The notes under the pieces: model-generated
The model's database searches: none
What the model was told of the DNA's origin: nothing
The model's input: only the letters and a program-made list of their open reading frames with translations
Translations under genes and position numbers: made by a program
Origin: Candidatus Saccharimonadota bacterium
Lineage (GTDB): Bacteria; Patescibacteriota; Saccharimonadia; Saccharimonadales; Saccharimonadaceae
Length of the DNA stretch: 41,170 nt
NCBI GenBank assembly: GCA_024402845.1
Contig: JAKSSY010000001.1
Coordinates: forward strand, 1-41,170
Direction: 5' to 3'
In this document: one piece after another, positions 6,286 through 16,113 of the stretch
How positions within the stretch are numbered: the first letter of the stretch is position 1
Layout of the letters: each line of letters opens with the position of its first letter

Positions 6286-7353
6286 ATGGCTACAAAAGCT
6301 AAATTGACAATGGATGAGCTTCTCGCAGCAGAAGATATCCAGCCAATTGTACTTGGCGACACAATCGAAGGTACGGTTATGTCCGTCAAGAAGCATGAGA
6401 TTTTAATCGATCTCGGTGCACGCGGTGTTGGTCTTGTACCACGTCGTGAGGTTGCCTTCGGGCGCCAACTCAAGGAAGGTGATGCAGTTTCTGCTAGCGT
6501 CATCGATGCCGAAATGGAAGATGGTATGGTATTACTATCTCTCCGCAAAGCTGTTAAGGAAAAGGGCTGGGATGAAATCGCCGCTAAGCTTGAAGCTGGT
6601 GAAATCATCGAAGTACAACCTTATGATGCTAACCGTGGCGGCCTTTTGGTCGAATACGAAGGCATTCGTGGTTTCTTGCCTGTATCTCAGCTTTCTGCTG
6701 AACACTACCCACGCGTAGGCAGCTCTGACAAGGATGAAATCCTTCAGCGCCTCAACTCGTTGGTTGGTCAAAGCATCCGCGTACGCATCCTTGATGCAGA
6801 TCGCAAGACCAATAAGTTGATTCTTTCTGAGAAGGAAGCCATCAAAGATGGTCTCGCAGAACGCTTTGCTAAGCTCGCTGTTGGCGACGTAGTAAAGGGT
6901 GTAGTTACTGGCGTTGTAGACTTCGGTATCTTCGTAAACGTAGATGGTATTGAAGGTCTCGTACACATTTCCGAGATTTCTTGGGAACGCGTAAACAGCC
7001 CAGCTGATTACGTAAAGGTTGGCGAAACCGTAGAGGCGAAGATCATCGCTATCGACAAAGATCGCCTCAGCCTCTCTATGAAGCAACTTCAGGAAGACCC
7101 ATGGCTCTCCGAAATCGCTAACTTTAAGAAGGGCGATAAGGTAGAGGGTACGATTACTCGTATCACCCCATTTGGTGCTTTCGTTCAGATTTCTCCAGCT
7201 GTTGAAGCATTGGTACACGTATCTGAACTCGGCGAAGGCAATGATGTAGACCCAGAGAAGATCTTCACTCTTAACGAGCGCAAGGAATTCAAGGTTCTTG
7301 ACATCGACAAAGAAGGTCGCAAGATTTCTTTGAGCTTTGCTGATAAGAAATAA
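6286..7353 (+). CDS. rpsA: 30S ribosomal protein S1 (four S1 domains)
   Basis: A 355-aa protein with repeated S1/OB modules: G.V..V....I.VDLG..G.V, GFLPVSQLS, and GLVHISE / ALVHVSE. Confidence 0.9.
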   Translation: MATKAKLTMDELLAAEDIQPIVLGDTIEGTVMSVKKHEILIDLGARGVGLVPRREVAFGRQLKEGDAVSASVIDAEMEDGMVLLSLRKAVKEKGWDEIAAKLEAGEIIEVQPYDANRGGLLVEYEGIRGFLPVSQLSAEHYPRVGSSDKDEILQRLNSLVGQSIRVRILDADRKTNKLILSEKEAIKDGLAERFAKLAVGDVVKGVVTGVVDFGIFVNVDGIEGLVHISEISWERVNSPADYVKVGETVEAKIIAIDKDRLSLSMKQLQEDPWLSEIANFKKGDKVEGTITRITPFGAFVQISPAVEALVHVSELGEGNDVDPEKIFTLNERKEFKVLDIDKEGRKISLSFADKK

Positions 7354-7371
7354 GTCGATTGACTTTATGAA

Positions 7372-7399
7372 AAGCCCTCGCAATAGCGGGGGCTTTTTG
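7372..7399 (+). terminator. Intrinsic terminator
   Basis: An AGCCCTCGC-AATA-GCGGGGGCT hairpin followed by TTTTT. Confidence 0.7.
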
Positions 7400-7505
7400 T
7401 GGTGCCTCTTGTTGTCTAAAAGTGAATAATGTGGTAAAATAAATCTAGTTTTTGCGTATTTTTTTATACGCTCATATAGAAATCTAAACAGAAAGGAGCT
7501 AGAAA

Positions 7506-9278
7506 ATGGAAGAAAAGGTAATACAGATTTCTGGCTCGATAACCGTAGACGAGCTTGCAAACGCCCTTGGCGTATCTGTTACTCATCTTATTGGTGAGCT
7601 TTTCAAGAACGGTATTATGGCGACGATCAATCAGCGCCTTGATGCTGAAACTGCCCAGATTATGACCGAGGAGCTCGGTTTTACGAATGTGCGTTTTGAA
7701 AAGAAGGAGAATTCTGCCAAGATTCCTGGCGTAAAGCGTGAATTGTCTAAAGATGCAAAGCTTCGTCCACCAGTAGTAGCAGTAATGGGCCACGTCGATC
7801 ACGGTAAGACTACTTTGCTTGATACTTTACTTAAGAAGAAAACCGTTGATGACGAGGCTGGTGGTATTACGCAGCATATTTCTGCTTACCAGATGGAATA
7901 CAACGATCGCAAGAGTACTTTCCTTGATCCGCCTGGCCACGAAGCTTTTGCTGCGATTCGCCAGCACGGTGCAATGCTTACCGATATCGTAGTGATTGTT
8001 GTGGCGGCAGATGATGGCGTAAAGCCACAGACTGCAGAGGCAATTAAATTTGCCGAGGCTGCAAATGCAAAGATTATCGTTGCGATTAATAAGATTGATA
8101 AGGAAGGCGCGAATATCGATCGCACCAAGGCGCAGCTCGCGACAGATTTCAACTTGAACCCAGAAGAATGGGGCGGCGATACGATTATGGTGCCGATCTC
8201 TGCAAAGACCGGCGAGAATGTCGAGAAATTGCTTGATATGATTCTCTTGACCGCAGATATCGATGAACTTAGGGCAGATGTAAATATTCCGGCAGAAGGT
8301 TTGATTATTGAGAGCCACATGGAAGTTGGTAGAGGTTCAGTAGTGAACTTGCTCGTTACTGGTGGTGAACTTAAGACCGGTGAATTTATCGTTGCTGGTA
8401 AGACTTATGCAAAGATTCGCACGATGGTCGATTGGAAGGGCAAACCAAAGGGCAAGGCTACGCCGTCTACACCTGTTGTGATTACTGGTTTTAAAGAATT
8501 GCCAAACTTTGGTGATAAGTTTGAAGAAGTTTCGGATGAGAAGACCGCGCGCAAGATGGCACTTCTTAATGCTCAGGCCGAAAGCGATGAGACTGCATCC
8601 GCAAACGTTACCGCTACAGATATGCTTCGTATGATGAATGTCGCAGACAATACTAAGACCTTTAATGTGATTGTGAAGGGCGACGTAGCTGGTTCGGTAA
8701 CATCCGTTGTGGACTCTCTACGTATGATTGATACGCAGGGCGAGATTACTTTGAATATTGTATCGACTGGTGTTGGTGCGATTTCTGAGAACGATGTATA
8801 TATGGCGTCCGGTGGCAACACGGTGATTTATGGCTTTAACGTAACGGTGCCGAATGCGATTGCCAAGATGGCGGAGCGTAACGGTGTGCCAGTACGTGTA
8901 TTCCGCGTGATTTATGAGCTTCTTGATGATGCGAAGCGCAACATGGAGAATATGCTTGACGCCGAGATTGTGGAGACAGAAACTGGCGAGCTAGAGATTA
9001 AGGGCGTATTCCGCACGGAGCGTACCGAGATTATTTGTGGTGGTCAGGTTAAGTCTGGTCGCGTGGCTCCTGGTATGCTTGGCCGCGCTTATCGCAAGAA
9101 GGAATTACTTGGTGAAATTGAAGTAACGAATACTCAAGAGGGTAAGGTCAATGTTCCATCGCTTGCAGAGGGTGAGATTGGCGGTATGTCTCTTAAGACT
9201 GAAAAGAAGATTCAGCTTGAAATTGGCGATAGAATTAAATTCTTCGTACGCGAATACAAGAAAAAGACGATTGCTTAA
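7506..9278 (+). CDS. infB: Translation initiation factor IF-2 (short form)
   Basis: It has the G1 motif GHVDHGKTTLLD, the G3 motif DPPGHEAF, and NKIDK. The C-terminal domains resemble IF2, and the SD is AAAGGAG. Confidence 0.93.
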   Translation: MEEKVIQISGSITVDELANALGVSVTHLIGELFKNGIMATINQRLDAETAQIMTEELGFTNVRFEKKENSAKIPGVKRELSKDAKLRPPVVAVMGHVDHGKTTLLDTLLKKKTVDDEAGGITQHISAYQMEYNDRKSTFLDPPGHEAFAAIRQHGAMLTDIVVIVVAADDGVKPQTAEAIKFAEAANAKIIVAINKIDKEGANIDRTKAQLATDFNLNPEEWGGDTIMVPISAKTGENVEKLLDMILLTADIDELRADVNIPAEGLIIESHMEVGRGSVVNLLVTGGELKTGEFIVAGKTYAKIRTMVDWKGKPKGKATPSTPVVITGFKELPNFGDKFEEVSDEKTARKMALLNAQAESDETASANVTATDMLRMMNVADNTKTFNVIVKGDVAGSVTSVVDSLRMIDTQGEITLNIVSTGVGAISENDVYMASGGNTVIYGFNVTVPNAIAKMAERNGVPVRVFRVIYELLDDAKRNMENMLDAEIVETETGELEIKGVFRTERTEIICGGQVKSGRVAPGMLGRAYRKKELLGEIEVTNTQEGKVNVPSLAEGEIGGMSLKTEKKIQLEIGDRIKFFVREYKKKTIA

Positions 9279-9352
9279 AGATTGTACTTGTGCTTAATTT
9301 TTCCAAACACTAGCTTTTTGTGCTACAATGGGGGAAATAGGAGAAAAAGGCT

Positions 9353-9772
9353 ATGTTTCAATTTGACGAAAGCTTTCTAGAGACGGTGGGTCTTTCTGGA
9401 ATGCCGGAAGAAGAAAAAGAAAACTTCTTGCAATATGCGCAAGATCAATTAGAAGTTCGCATTGGCGAAAAGATGAGCGAAGGGCTCTCTGAAGAGCAGC
9501 TCGATGAGTTTGAACGCATCATTGATAATGATCAAGATACCGTACAGAAGTGGCTTGCAAATGCTGGCGATTACAAGAACGACGAAATCTACAAGAAATT
9601 GCTAGACGGTTCTGAGGTAGCAGAGGATACGCCAGAATTCTTGAACGATTACGTAACTGCAAAGTGGCTAGATCAAAACTGTCCACAATATCAGGATATT
9701 ATTCGCGAATCTATCGAAGGCTTGCAGCAAGAGATTGCGCAGCAAAAAGATGCGATCCTCGAGAATGCCTAA
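9353..9772 (+). CDS. Hypothetical acidic protein
   Basis: A 139-aa protein with AGGAG upstream and a TGcTACAAT promoter near 9325. I recognise no catalytic motif. Confidence 0.65.
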   Translation: MFQFDESFLETVGLSGMPEEEKENFLQYAQDQLEVRIGEKMSEGLSEEQLDEFERIIDNDQDTVQKWLANAGDYKNDEIYKKLLDGSEVAEDTPEFLNDYVTAKWLDQNCPQYQDIIRESIEGLQQEIAQQKDAILENA

Positions 9773-9797
9773 TTTTCTCCAATAATATTAAGGCTTA

Positions 9798-9827
9798 TAA
9801 AAACTCCCCGCGTTGGGGAGTTTTTTG
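9798..9827. terminator. Bidirectional intrinsic terminator
   Basis: An AAACTCCCC-GCGTT-GGGGAGTTT hairpin flanked by an A-run and a T-run, between convergent genes. Confidence 0.75.
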
Positions 9828-9828
9828 G

Positions 9829-10704
9829 TTATCCCTTGTGTCCGTTCAGGAAGCTCTTGGCGTCCATTTCCTTGGAGTTTTCTGGGAGAAGACGGTCAAT
9901 AATGAAGTATTTTCCGTCGGCGCACTTTTGGTCAATCTCTGTGACTGGATTGTCTGCGACGTGGGCAACAGTGATGGTACATGGGGTATCCAATAAGATG
10001 GTCTTGGATTTTGGGAAACCAGCAAATGCGCGAACCTCATTTACGAGCCGCTGAGCGCCTTTCTCGGCAAATTTTAGTTCTGACATAGATTTATCTAGTT
10101 TTGCCGTAAAAGTGGCTTCTGAGTCGTCCTGGAGCGTCTCAGGGGCATTTTTGGCGAGGACTCCATCCAATACATCAGAAATGAGCTTTGCGCCGAGCGC
10201 GGAGAGCTCATCGTAGAGCGATTGCTTGGTGGTTTCTGGGGTGATTTTTACGGTTGCTTGCGCGAGAATTGGGCCTGCATCCATCTCTTTGACGAGGCGC
10301 ATAACAGATACGCCGGTCTCGGAGTCACCGTTTAGGAGTGGAGACTCGATTGGCGTAGTGCCGCGGTATTTTGGTAGTAATGATGGATGGATATTAATAA
10401 TACCGCAAGGAATAGCATTGATGGCTTCGTCTGGGACGAGTTTGCCAAAAGCGGACAAAACGCCGAGGTCTGGCTGGTATTGCTCGATAATAGGGAGCAA
10501 ATCTTTGCCGCGATGGACGAGATGGATAGGGATATGGTGTTTTTCGGCGAGTTTTGCGACAGCGAAAGGCTTGCGGACGCGTGCATCTGGTAAAACGAGC
10601 GCGCAGATTTCGTGGCCGCTTGCGAGAAGTGCGTCAAAAATTGGGGTTTTGTATTTTACGCCCTGAGCAAGCTGCTCATTGCCAAAATAGATGATTTTAC
10701 TCAT
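9829..10704 (-). CDS. fmt: Methionyl-tRNA formyltransferase
   Basis: It contains IINIHPSLLPKYRGTTPIE (the formyltransferase HxSLLPxxRG motif). It lies immediately downstream of def. Confidence 0.9.
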   Translation of the reverse strand: MSKIIYFGNEQLAQGVKYKTPIFDALLASGHEICALVLPDARVRKPFAVAKLAEKHHIPIHLVHRGKDLLPIIEQYQPDLGVLSAFGKLVPDEAINAIPCGIINIHPSLLPKYRGTTPIESPLLNGDSETGVSVMRLVKEMDAGPILAQATVKITPETTKQSLYDELSALGAKLISDVLDGVLAKNAPETLQDDSEATFTAKLDKSMSELKFAEKGAQRLVNEVRAFAGFPKSKTILLDTPCTITVAHVADNPVTEIDQKCADGKYFIIDRLLPENSKEMDAKSFLNGHKG

Positions 10705-10707
10705 AGG

Positions 10708-11292
10708 TTAATCCTCTGGCCAAAGCTCTTTATTGTCTTTAATGTAAGTGTCGTAATCTAGCGGCTCGAGGTCGCCTTTGTCGTTGAGCTTATAGAAAGC
10801 GTCTTTTTCGTCCTTGATGTGATCGATGAAGAGAATACCATTGAGGTGGTCGATCTCGTGAAGAAGGGTGCGAGCAAGAAAATCTGAAGCTTTGATGCGA
10901 ACCTCTTCGCCGGTTTCGAGTTGAGCCTTAATGCGGGCCTTGGTTGGGCGCGGAACTTTGCCATAGATGGCAGGAACAGAAAGACAGCCTTCGTAATCTT
11001 TGACGATTTTACCTTCGGTTTTGATGACCTCTGGATTGAGGAGAGGGATGAAGGTAGCGTTGTCTTTGTTATTCATATCTTCGCGAACGACGATGATGCG
11101 CTTGTTGTAACCGAGCTGTGGGGCTGCCATAGCAGCAGAGAGCTCGAACTCATGCTCATTCTCCCAGTCGATGCAGGACTGGATCATTTCTTCGGCGATT
11201 TTTTTGACCTCTGGATCGTCTGCCTTGACCTTGATGGATTTTTCGCGGAGGCGTGGATCGGGGGTAACTATTACTTCTTTTTTCTTGCTCAT
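10708..11292 (-). CDS. def: Peptide deformylase
   Basis: It contains the metal-binding motifs EGCLSVP and HEIDHLNG. Confidence 0.92.
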   Translation of the reverse strand: MSKKKEVIVTPDPRLREKSIKVKADDPEVKKIAEEMIQSCIDWENEHEFELSAAMAAPQLGYNKRIIVVREDMNNKDNATFIPLLNPEVIKTEGKIVKDYEGCLSVPAIYGKVPRPTKARIKAQLETGEEVRIKASDFLARTLLHEIDHLNGILFIDHIKDEKDAFYKLNDKGDLEPLDYDTYIKDNKELWPED

Positions 11293-11346
11293 ATTAGAGA
11301 AAATTTTAACATATTATCTCTTATGAAGCGAGCATAAGCGTTTGTT

Positions 11347-13281
11347 CTATAGGAGGGTGATAGGGTCGAAGTCGAAATGGAGATATGGCGACTTTTCGAG
11401 CGAGTCAAAAATGGCTAATAGGTCATTACGGGACTTTGCCTTGACGACGATTTGCCAAGTATAGCCAGAATTTGTGCGCTCATGGAAGGATGGCATTGGT
11501 GGGGTAATGGAAATTTGCTGAAGTTGGTGTTTTTGGGTATATTGAATAATTTTTTTGTTCAATTTTTGGATGTTCTGAACGACGGATTTTTCAGTTTTGT
11601 AAGTCATGGAAAGTTTGAGCAAAAAGCTGTATGGCGGGAGGGCACTTTGTTTGCGCTTTTGAAGCAAATATTTATAAAAGCTTTGATAATCGTTCGCGAT
11701 TGCGTAGGAAATTAAGGGGTGGTCTGGCTGAAAACTTTGTATAAAAATATTGCTATTTTGATGACCACGTTTAGCGCGTCCGATAACTTGGGTGATCAAT
11801 TCATATGTTCGTTCTTCGGAAGAGTAGTCCGGAAGGCTCAATCCGGCATCGGCTTGGACGACTCCGAGCGTGCTGAGTTTTGGAAAATCGAAGCCTTTTG
11901 CAATCATCTGTGTGCCTATGATGATGTCGTAATCACCGGCATGAACTTGGTCGTAAATTTTATTTAGCTGTTGGCCGGATTCTGTGTCGGCATCAAAACG
12001 AGCAACTTTAGCATTTGGGAAGAGGCGGTGGACTTCTTCCTCAATCATCTTTGTGCCAAAACCTTTGTGGTGAATAGTGGCATTATTACAATCTGGACAG
12101 GCGGTGGGCACAGGATAAGTGCGGCCACAGGTATGGCAGCGCATCTGGTATTTATCTGCATGTAAAACCAGAGGCAGAAAGCATTTCTCGCAGAGAGCTT
12201 GCCAGCCGCAATGGTCGCAAATAGTAAGGGGCGCAGTGCCGCGACGGTTGTGAAAGATTAGGCTTTGCTGATGGTTGTTAAGGGATTTTTGGATACTTTC
12301 GATGAGTAGATTACTGAGGATACGGCTGCGCGTGAAGCTTGGAAAATTCTTGAGATCCACCAGATGGATGTCTGCGGTTTTATCGGACTTGATGGCGAGC
12401 TCGGATAGTTCGACGATGGCCTTGTGCTGCTTGCAGATGTAGTAGTCTGCTATTAGCGGGGTAGCTGTGCCGAGGATAGTTTTTGACATAATGGCGGCAA
12501 GGCGCAGAGCGGAATATTTCGGATTTTGATCTTGATGATAGGATGGTTCGTGCGCTTCGTCGATAATAATAAGCCCAAGATTGGCGACAGGGGCAAAGAG
12601 GGCGGAGCGTGGACCAATGACGACGACTGGCTTTTCGGCTTTGAGGGCTTTTTCCCAGAGCTGGTGACGTACGGCCTCAGTTTGGGCGGAATGGAGCAGG
12701 ATTACATCTTCGAAGTGGGTGCTAAAGTTTGCGACGAGCTGAGAGGTGAGAGCGATTTCTGGAACTAACAAGATGACGGATTTGCCACTCTCGAGAGTTT
12801 GACGGGCGAGCTCGATATAGACATTGGTTTTACCGGAACCGGTAACACCATGAAGAAGGACGGTGTTAGCCTTAGCGGCGTTGATCTCTTCGATGGCGCG
12901 TTTCTGGGCGGCATTGAGTGGATTTTCTGTGGTTATCTTGGTCTTTTTCTCGGTATTTTTGACGGCACGGCGATTCTTGAGAATTCCGCGTGGTAAAGCC
13001 GTTTGAACGACGGTGGAAAGGGGGCAGCGGTAATAATCGTGCAGCCAGAAGAGCGCCTTGATGAGGTGTTTTGGGAGTGGCTGCTCGTATAGGACGTTTA
13101 GAATTTGTTTCGTTTCAAAGTCTGGTTTTTGTGTTTTTTCTACAACAATGCCATAGGTTTCCTGCTTGCCAAGAGGGATTTTAACGATTTGGCCGATAAG
13201 TAGTGGAGTATCGGACGCATAAGTCAGCGTATTATCTGTTTCGTGGAAGGTTTTGGCGGGCGCTATCAGATAATAATTCAT
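11347..13281 (-). CDS. priA: Primosomal protein N' (replication restart helicase)
   Basis: Walker A is GVTGSGKT and the DEAH box is IIDEAHE. A Cys-rich zinc insert is present: CDHCGW..CEKC..CHTCG..CPDC. Confidence 0.92.
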   Translation of the reverse strand: MNYYLIAPAKTFHETDNTLTYASDTPLLIGQIVKIPLGKQETYGIVVEKTQKPDFETKQILNVLYEQPLPKHLIKALFWLHDYYRCPLSTVVQTALPRGILKNRRAVKNTEKKTKITTENPLNAAQKRAIEEINAAKANTVLLHGVTGSGKTNVYIELARQTLESGKSVILLVPEIALTSQLVANFSTHFEDVILLHSAQTEAVRHQLWEKALKAEKPVVVIGPRSALFAPVANLGLIIIDEAHEPSYHQDQNPKYSALRLAAIMSKTILGTATPLIADYYICKQHKAIVELSELAIKSDKTADIHLVDLKNFPSFTRSRILSNLLIESIQKSLNNHQQSLIFHNRRGTAPLTICDHCGWQALCEKCFLPLVLHADKYQMRCHTCGRTYPVPTACPDCNNATIHHKGFGTKMIEEEVHRLFPNAKVARFDADTESGQQLNKIYDQVHAGDYDIIIGTQMIAKGFDFPKLSTLGVVQADAGLSLPDYSSEERTYELITQVIGRAKRGHQNSNIFIQSFQPDHPLISYAIANDYQSFYKYLLQKRKQSALPPYSFLLKLSMTYKTEKSVVQNIQKLNKKIIQYTQKHQLQQISITPPMPSFHERTNSGYTWQIVVKAKSRNDLLAIFDSLEKSPYLHFDFDPITLL

Positions 13282-13287
13282 GACTAT

Positions 13288-13314
13288 ATTTTACAAGAAA
13301 AACCTAAATGTCAA
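13288..13314 (-). promoter_or_regulatory. priA promoter, leaderless configuration
   Basis: The minus strand reads TTGACA(13314-13309)-N15-TAAAAT(13293-13288)-N6-ATG(13281). There is no SD. Confidence 0.5.
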
Positions 13315-13368
13315 GTGTTGTAGAAAAAACAAAAGTTACGTAAAATAGAAAGCAGATAAGGAGGTCAA

Positions 13369-13671
13369 GTGTTAGACGTTTTCGTAACAAGTCGGGTGCG
13401 GCGTAAAATTATTGTGGTCTTTGCGAAATATCCAGATTTTAAGACCCATGTGCGCGGCTTGTCGAAATTGATTAAAGAAGACCCTGGAAATATCCAGAGA
13501 GAGCTTCGTCGCCTGACGAAAGGTGGTTTCCTCGTGGTGACCAAGAAGGGTAACACGAGCATCTATCAGACCAACAAGCAGTTCCCAATTTTGAAGGAAC
13601 TTCAGAGCATCGTTATTAAGAGTCAACAGGCAGAAGACGCAAAGAAGTCTCCAAGCAAGATTATCGGATGA
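13369..13671 (+). CDS. Small winged-helix (ArsR/MarR-like) DNA-binding protein, putative
   Basis: A 100-aa protein with a GTG start preceded by AAGGAGG. The helix-turn-helix-wing pattern is GLSKLIKEDPGNIQRELRRLTKGGFLV. It overlaps the recJ start (ATGA). Confidence 0.6.
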   Translation: MLDVFVTSRVRRKIIVVFAKYPDFKTHVRGLSKLIKEDPGNIQRELRRLTKGGFLVVTKKGNTSIYQTNKQFPILKELQSIVIKSQQAEDAKKSPSKIIG

Positions 13672-15278
13672 CGGATTTGTTTGCGAAATTGCTCAGAGAG
13701 CGTGGGCTTGATGAGCATTTTTTATACCCAAAGTACGAAGATCTTTTTGAACCGCAAAAGTTGACCGGCGTAAAGGCTGCAGTGAAGCGAATAACGGCGG
13801 CGCGCGATGCTGATGAAAAGATTATTATCTATGGCGATTATGATGCGGATGGAGTGACGTCTAGTACGCTTCTTCGGGATGGGCTGAAGTATTTTGGCTG
13901 CGAAAAGACAGAGGTTATCTTGCCGAACCGTTTTACGGATGGATATGGTATGAATATGCCGGCGGTGGACAAGATTGTAAAGCGGGGCGCGAAGCTGGTA
14001 ATTACGGTAGACTGCGGCTCGGGCTCAGAGGAAGTGATTGCGGAGCTGAAAAAGCGCGGGATTGATACTGTCGTAACGGATCATCATGAGATCCCGTCGG
14101 TGCCAAAATCCGCGGTGGCCGTAGTTAATCCAAAGCAGGGTGATAAGGTTGGTCAGAGGATGGCTGGCGTGGGAGTCGCTTTTGCGTTAGCGCGCGCCTT
14201 GAATATGGCGAAAAATGGTGGCAAATGTGACGGCCAGGAGAAATGGCTGTTAGATTTGGTAGTGATTGGTACGATTTGCGACTCGATGGAGCTTCGCGAG
14301 GAGAATCGTATTCTGAGCTATTATGGCATGAAGGTGCTTGCAAAGACGCGCCGTCCTGGCATTAAGGAATTGGCGCGCGTGGCAAGCGTGGATCTCGATA
14401 AGCTAAATACGCATGCGATTGGATTTCAGCTTGGACCGCGCATTAATGCGGCGGGCAGGATGAAGAGTGCGGATTTGGCGTTAGATTTGATGATGTCGAC
14501 GAGCCGCTCGAAGGCGTTTACGTTGGCGGGTGAACTAGACGGGCTGAATCGCGACAGGCGTGACGCCCAAGATAAGGCTGTGAAAGAAGTTTCTGTTTCC
14601 GATAAAGATAAGGTGATTGTAGCGACCGGAAAATGGCACGAAGGAATCGTGGGAATTATTGCAGGTAGGTTGGTTGAGATTTATAAGAAGCCGGCTTTTG
14701 CGCTAACCGAGTTGGAAGATGGGCGTCTAAAGGGGTCAGGGCGAAGTTTTGGTGATTTTTCGCTTGCCAAAGTGCTACAGAAATGCCCAGAGGGCTTACT
14801 CCTGAGCGGCGGAGGTCATGCCGGCGCATGCGGCCTAAGTTTAGAGAAAGCGAAATTAGAGGATTTTCGCAAATTCGTAAACGAATACTATGGGGGGCTA
14901 AAACTCAAAAACCAAGAAAAGTATCTCGAGAGTGCGAGTGATATAAAGCTGAAGGATTTTTCAGAGATTACAGAGGAGCTATTTGCGGAGATTTGTTTGC
15001 TTGAGCCATTTGGCGACGGTAATACGGAGCCGATTTTCGAGATTACTACAAGGGTTAGTGGGAAGCGCATCCTAAAGGAGAAGCATTTATCTCTGAATTT
15101 AAAGGACAAGAACGGCAAGGAGATAAAGATGATGTCGTTCTATGCGCCGGAAGAATATCTAGAAGTTGAAAATGGTGATATAGTTCGGGTGCAATTTACG
15201 CTTACGAAGAATGAATTCAGAGGAAAAACGGCAATAGAAGGAAATATTATCTCTCTTGAAATACGAGAGAAGTTATGA
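13668..15278 (+). CDS. recJ: Single-stranded-DNA-specific exonuclease RecJ
   Basis: It carries the DHH family motifs GDYDADGVTS, TVDCGS and VTDHHE, followed by a DHHA1-like GGGHAGACG. Confidence 0.9.
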   Translation: MTDLFAKLLRERGLDEHFLYPKYEDLFEPQKLTGVKAAVKRITAARDADEKIIIYGDYDADGVTSSTLLRDGLKYFGCEKTEVILPNRFTDGYGMNMPAVDKIVKRGAKLVITVDCGSGSEEVIAELKKRGIDTVVTDHHEIPSVPKSAVAVVNPKQGDKVGQRMAGVGVAFALARALNMAKNGGKCDGQEKWLLDLVVIGTICDSMELREENRILSYYGMKVLAKTRRPGIKELARVASVDLDKLNTHAIGFQLGPRINAAGRMKSADLALDLMMSTSRSKAFTLAGELDGLNRDRRDAQDKAVKEVSVSDKDKVIVATGKWHEGIVGIIAGRLVEIYKKPAFALTELEDGRLKGSGRSFGDFSLAKVLQKCPEGLLLSGGGHAGACGLSLEKAKLEDFRKFVNEYYGGLKLKNQEKYLESASDIKLKDFSEITEELFAEICLLEPFGDGNTEPIFEITTRVSGKRILKEKHLSLNLKDKNGKEIKMMSFYAPEEYLEVENGDIVRVQFTLTKNEFRGKTAIEGNIISLEIREKL

Positions 15279-15294
15279 TAAAATTAGCGTCAGT

Positions 15295-15513
15295 ATGGCA
15301 ATAAAAGTAACCAGAAAAGACCAGAACGAAGCAAACGAGAACATTATTCGTCGCTTCAATCGCAAAGTTCTTCAGAGTGGTGTAATGGCAACTGCTAAGG
15401 AAAGCTTGCGCTTCTCAAAGCCAATTTCCAAACGCGAACGTCGCCAGAAGGCAATTCTACGCGAACAGCGCAAAGCCGAAAAAGCCGAACGCATGAAGTT
15501 AGGTCTTAAATAA
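15295..15513 (+). CDS. rpsU: 30S ribosomal protein S21
   Basis: A 72-aa protein, MAIKVTRKDQNEANENIIRRFNRKVLQSGV...RERRQKA. It is basic and S21-like. TGaTAAAAT lies 10 nt upstream. Confidence 0.85.
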   Translation: MAIKVTRKDQNEANENIIRRFNRKVLQSGVMATAKESLRFSKPISKRERRQKAILREQRKAEKAERMKLGLK

Positions 15514-15514
15514 G

Positions 15515-15545
15515 AAATACCCCCTGTGCAGACGGGGTATTTTTA
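15515..15545 (+). terminator. Intrinsic terminator
   Basis: An AAATACCCC...GGGGTATTT hairpin followed by a T-run. Confidence 0.75.
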
Positions 15546-15568
15546 ATGCAAATAAAAAGGAGTGAAAA

Positions 15569-16111
15569 ATGATTATATTATTTGGAGCGGCAGGTAGCGG
15601 CAAAAGCATTCAAGGCCAGCGCTTAGCCGAAAAGCATAATTTCCGTTGGCTATCGGTTGGGCAATTATTGCGCAATCAGAATGATCCGGAGCTTGAGAAG
15701 ATTATGCTCAAGGGTGAATTGGTCCCAGATGAATTTGTCGTAAAGATGATGCATACTGCTGGTGAAGAGGCTTTGGCGGTGGGCCAGAATGCGATTTTGG
15801 ATGGTTATCCAAGAGATGATTGGCAGGCGAATTGGATTGTTGAGAATGGTGATGCCAAGAAAATTGACGGCGCAATTATTTTGAAAGTTTCTCACGATGA
15901 GCTTTGGAATCGCCTACAAGACCGTGCCCGCGAAGACGACACGAAAGAGTCTATCGAGAAGCGTTGGAATCTGTTTGAGCATACGATTGATTCGATGACG
16001 AAGACACTCGCAGGGGCCGGAGTAAAGATTCAAGAAGTAGACGGCGAAGGTTCAATCGAGGAGGTTACTGCTCGTATAGAGAAAGTATTGGCCGATTGGG
16101 GTATAATTTAG
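15569..16111 (+). CDS. adk: Adenylate kinase (short, lid-less type)
   Basis: The P-loop is GAAGSGKS, and the sequence continues ...SVGQLLR. It occupies the adk-map position typical of the end of the spc operon. The SD is AAGGAG. Confidence 0.75.
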   Translation: MIILFGAAGSGKSIQGQRLAEKHNFRWLSVGQLLRNQNDPELEKIMLKGELVPDEFVVKMMHTAGEEALAVGQNAILDGYPRDDWQANWIVENGDAKKIDGAIILKVSHDELWNRLQDRAREDDTKESIEKRWNLFEHTIDSMTKTLAGAGVKIQEVDGEGSIEEVTARIEKVLADWGII

Positions 16112-16113
16112 CA

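Noticed and set aside
6535-7560. A 341-aa ORF on the minus strand.
   Set aside because: It is fully antisense to rpsA and the infB leader. It crosses a terminator and a promoter, and its composition is not protein-like. The rpsA call on the plus strand is unambiguous.
13668-15278. Possible alternative genetic code (UGA recoding), as seen in some CPR lineages.
   Set aside because: TGA cleanly terminates recJ, the wHTH gene and the histidine kinase at the expected protein ends. No conserved protein here needs read-through of TGA, so the standard code 11 fits.
16096-16113. Alternative upstream non-ATG or longer starts: map TTG 16096, ROK ATG 5582, rseP TTG 28696, the 36591 TTG and the CDF TTG 39214.
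   Set aside because: In each case a downstream ATG begins the conserved protein core. It is also preceded by either an SD or the recurrent -10-box spacing. The upstream codons add non-conserved residues.
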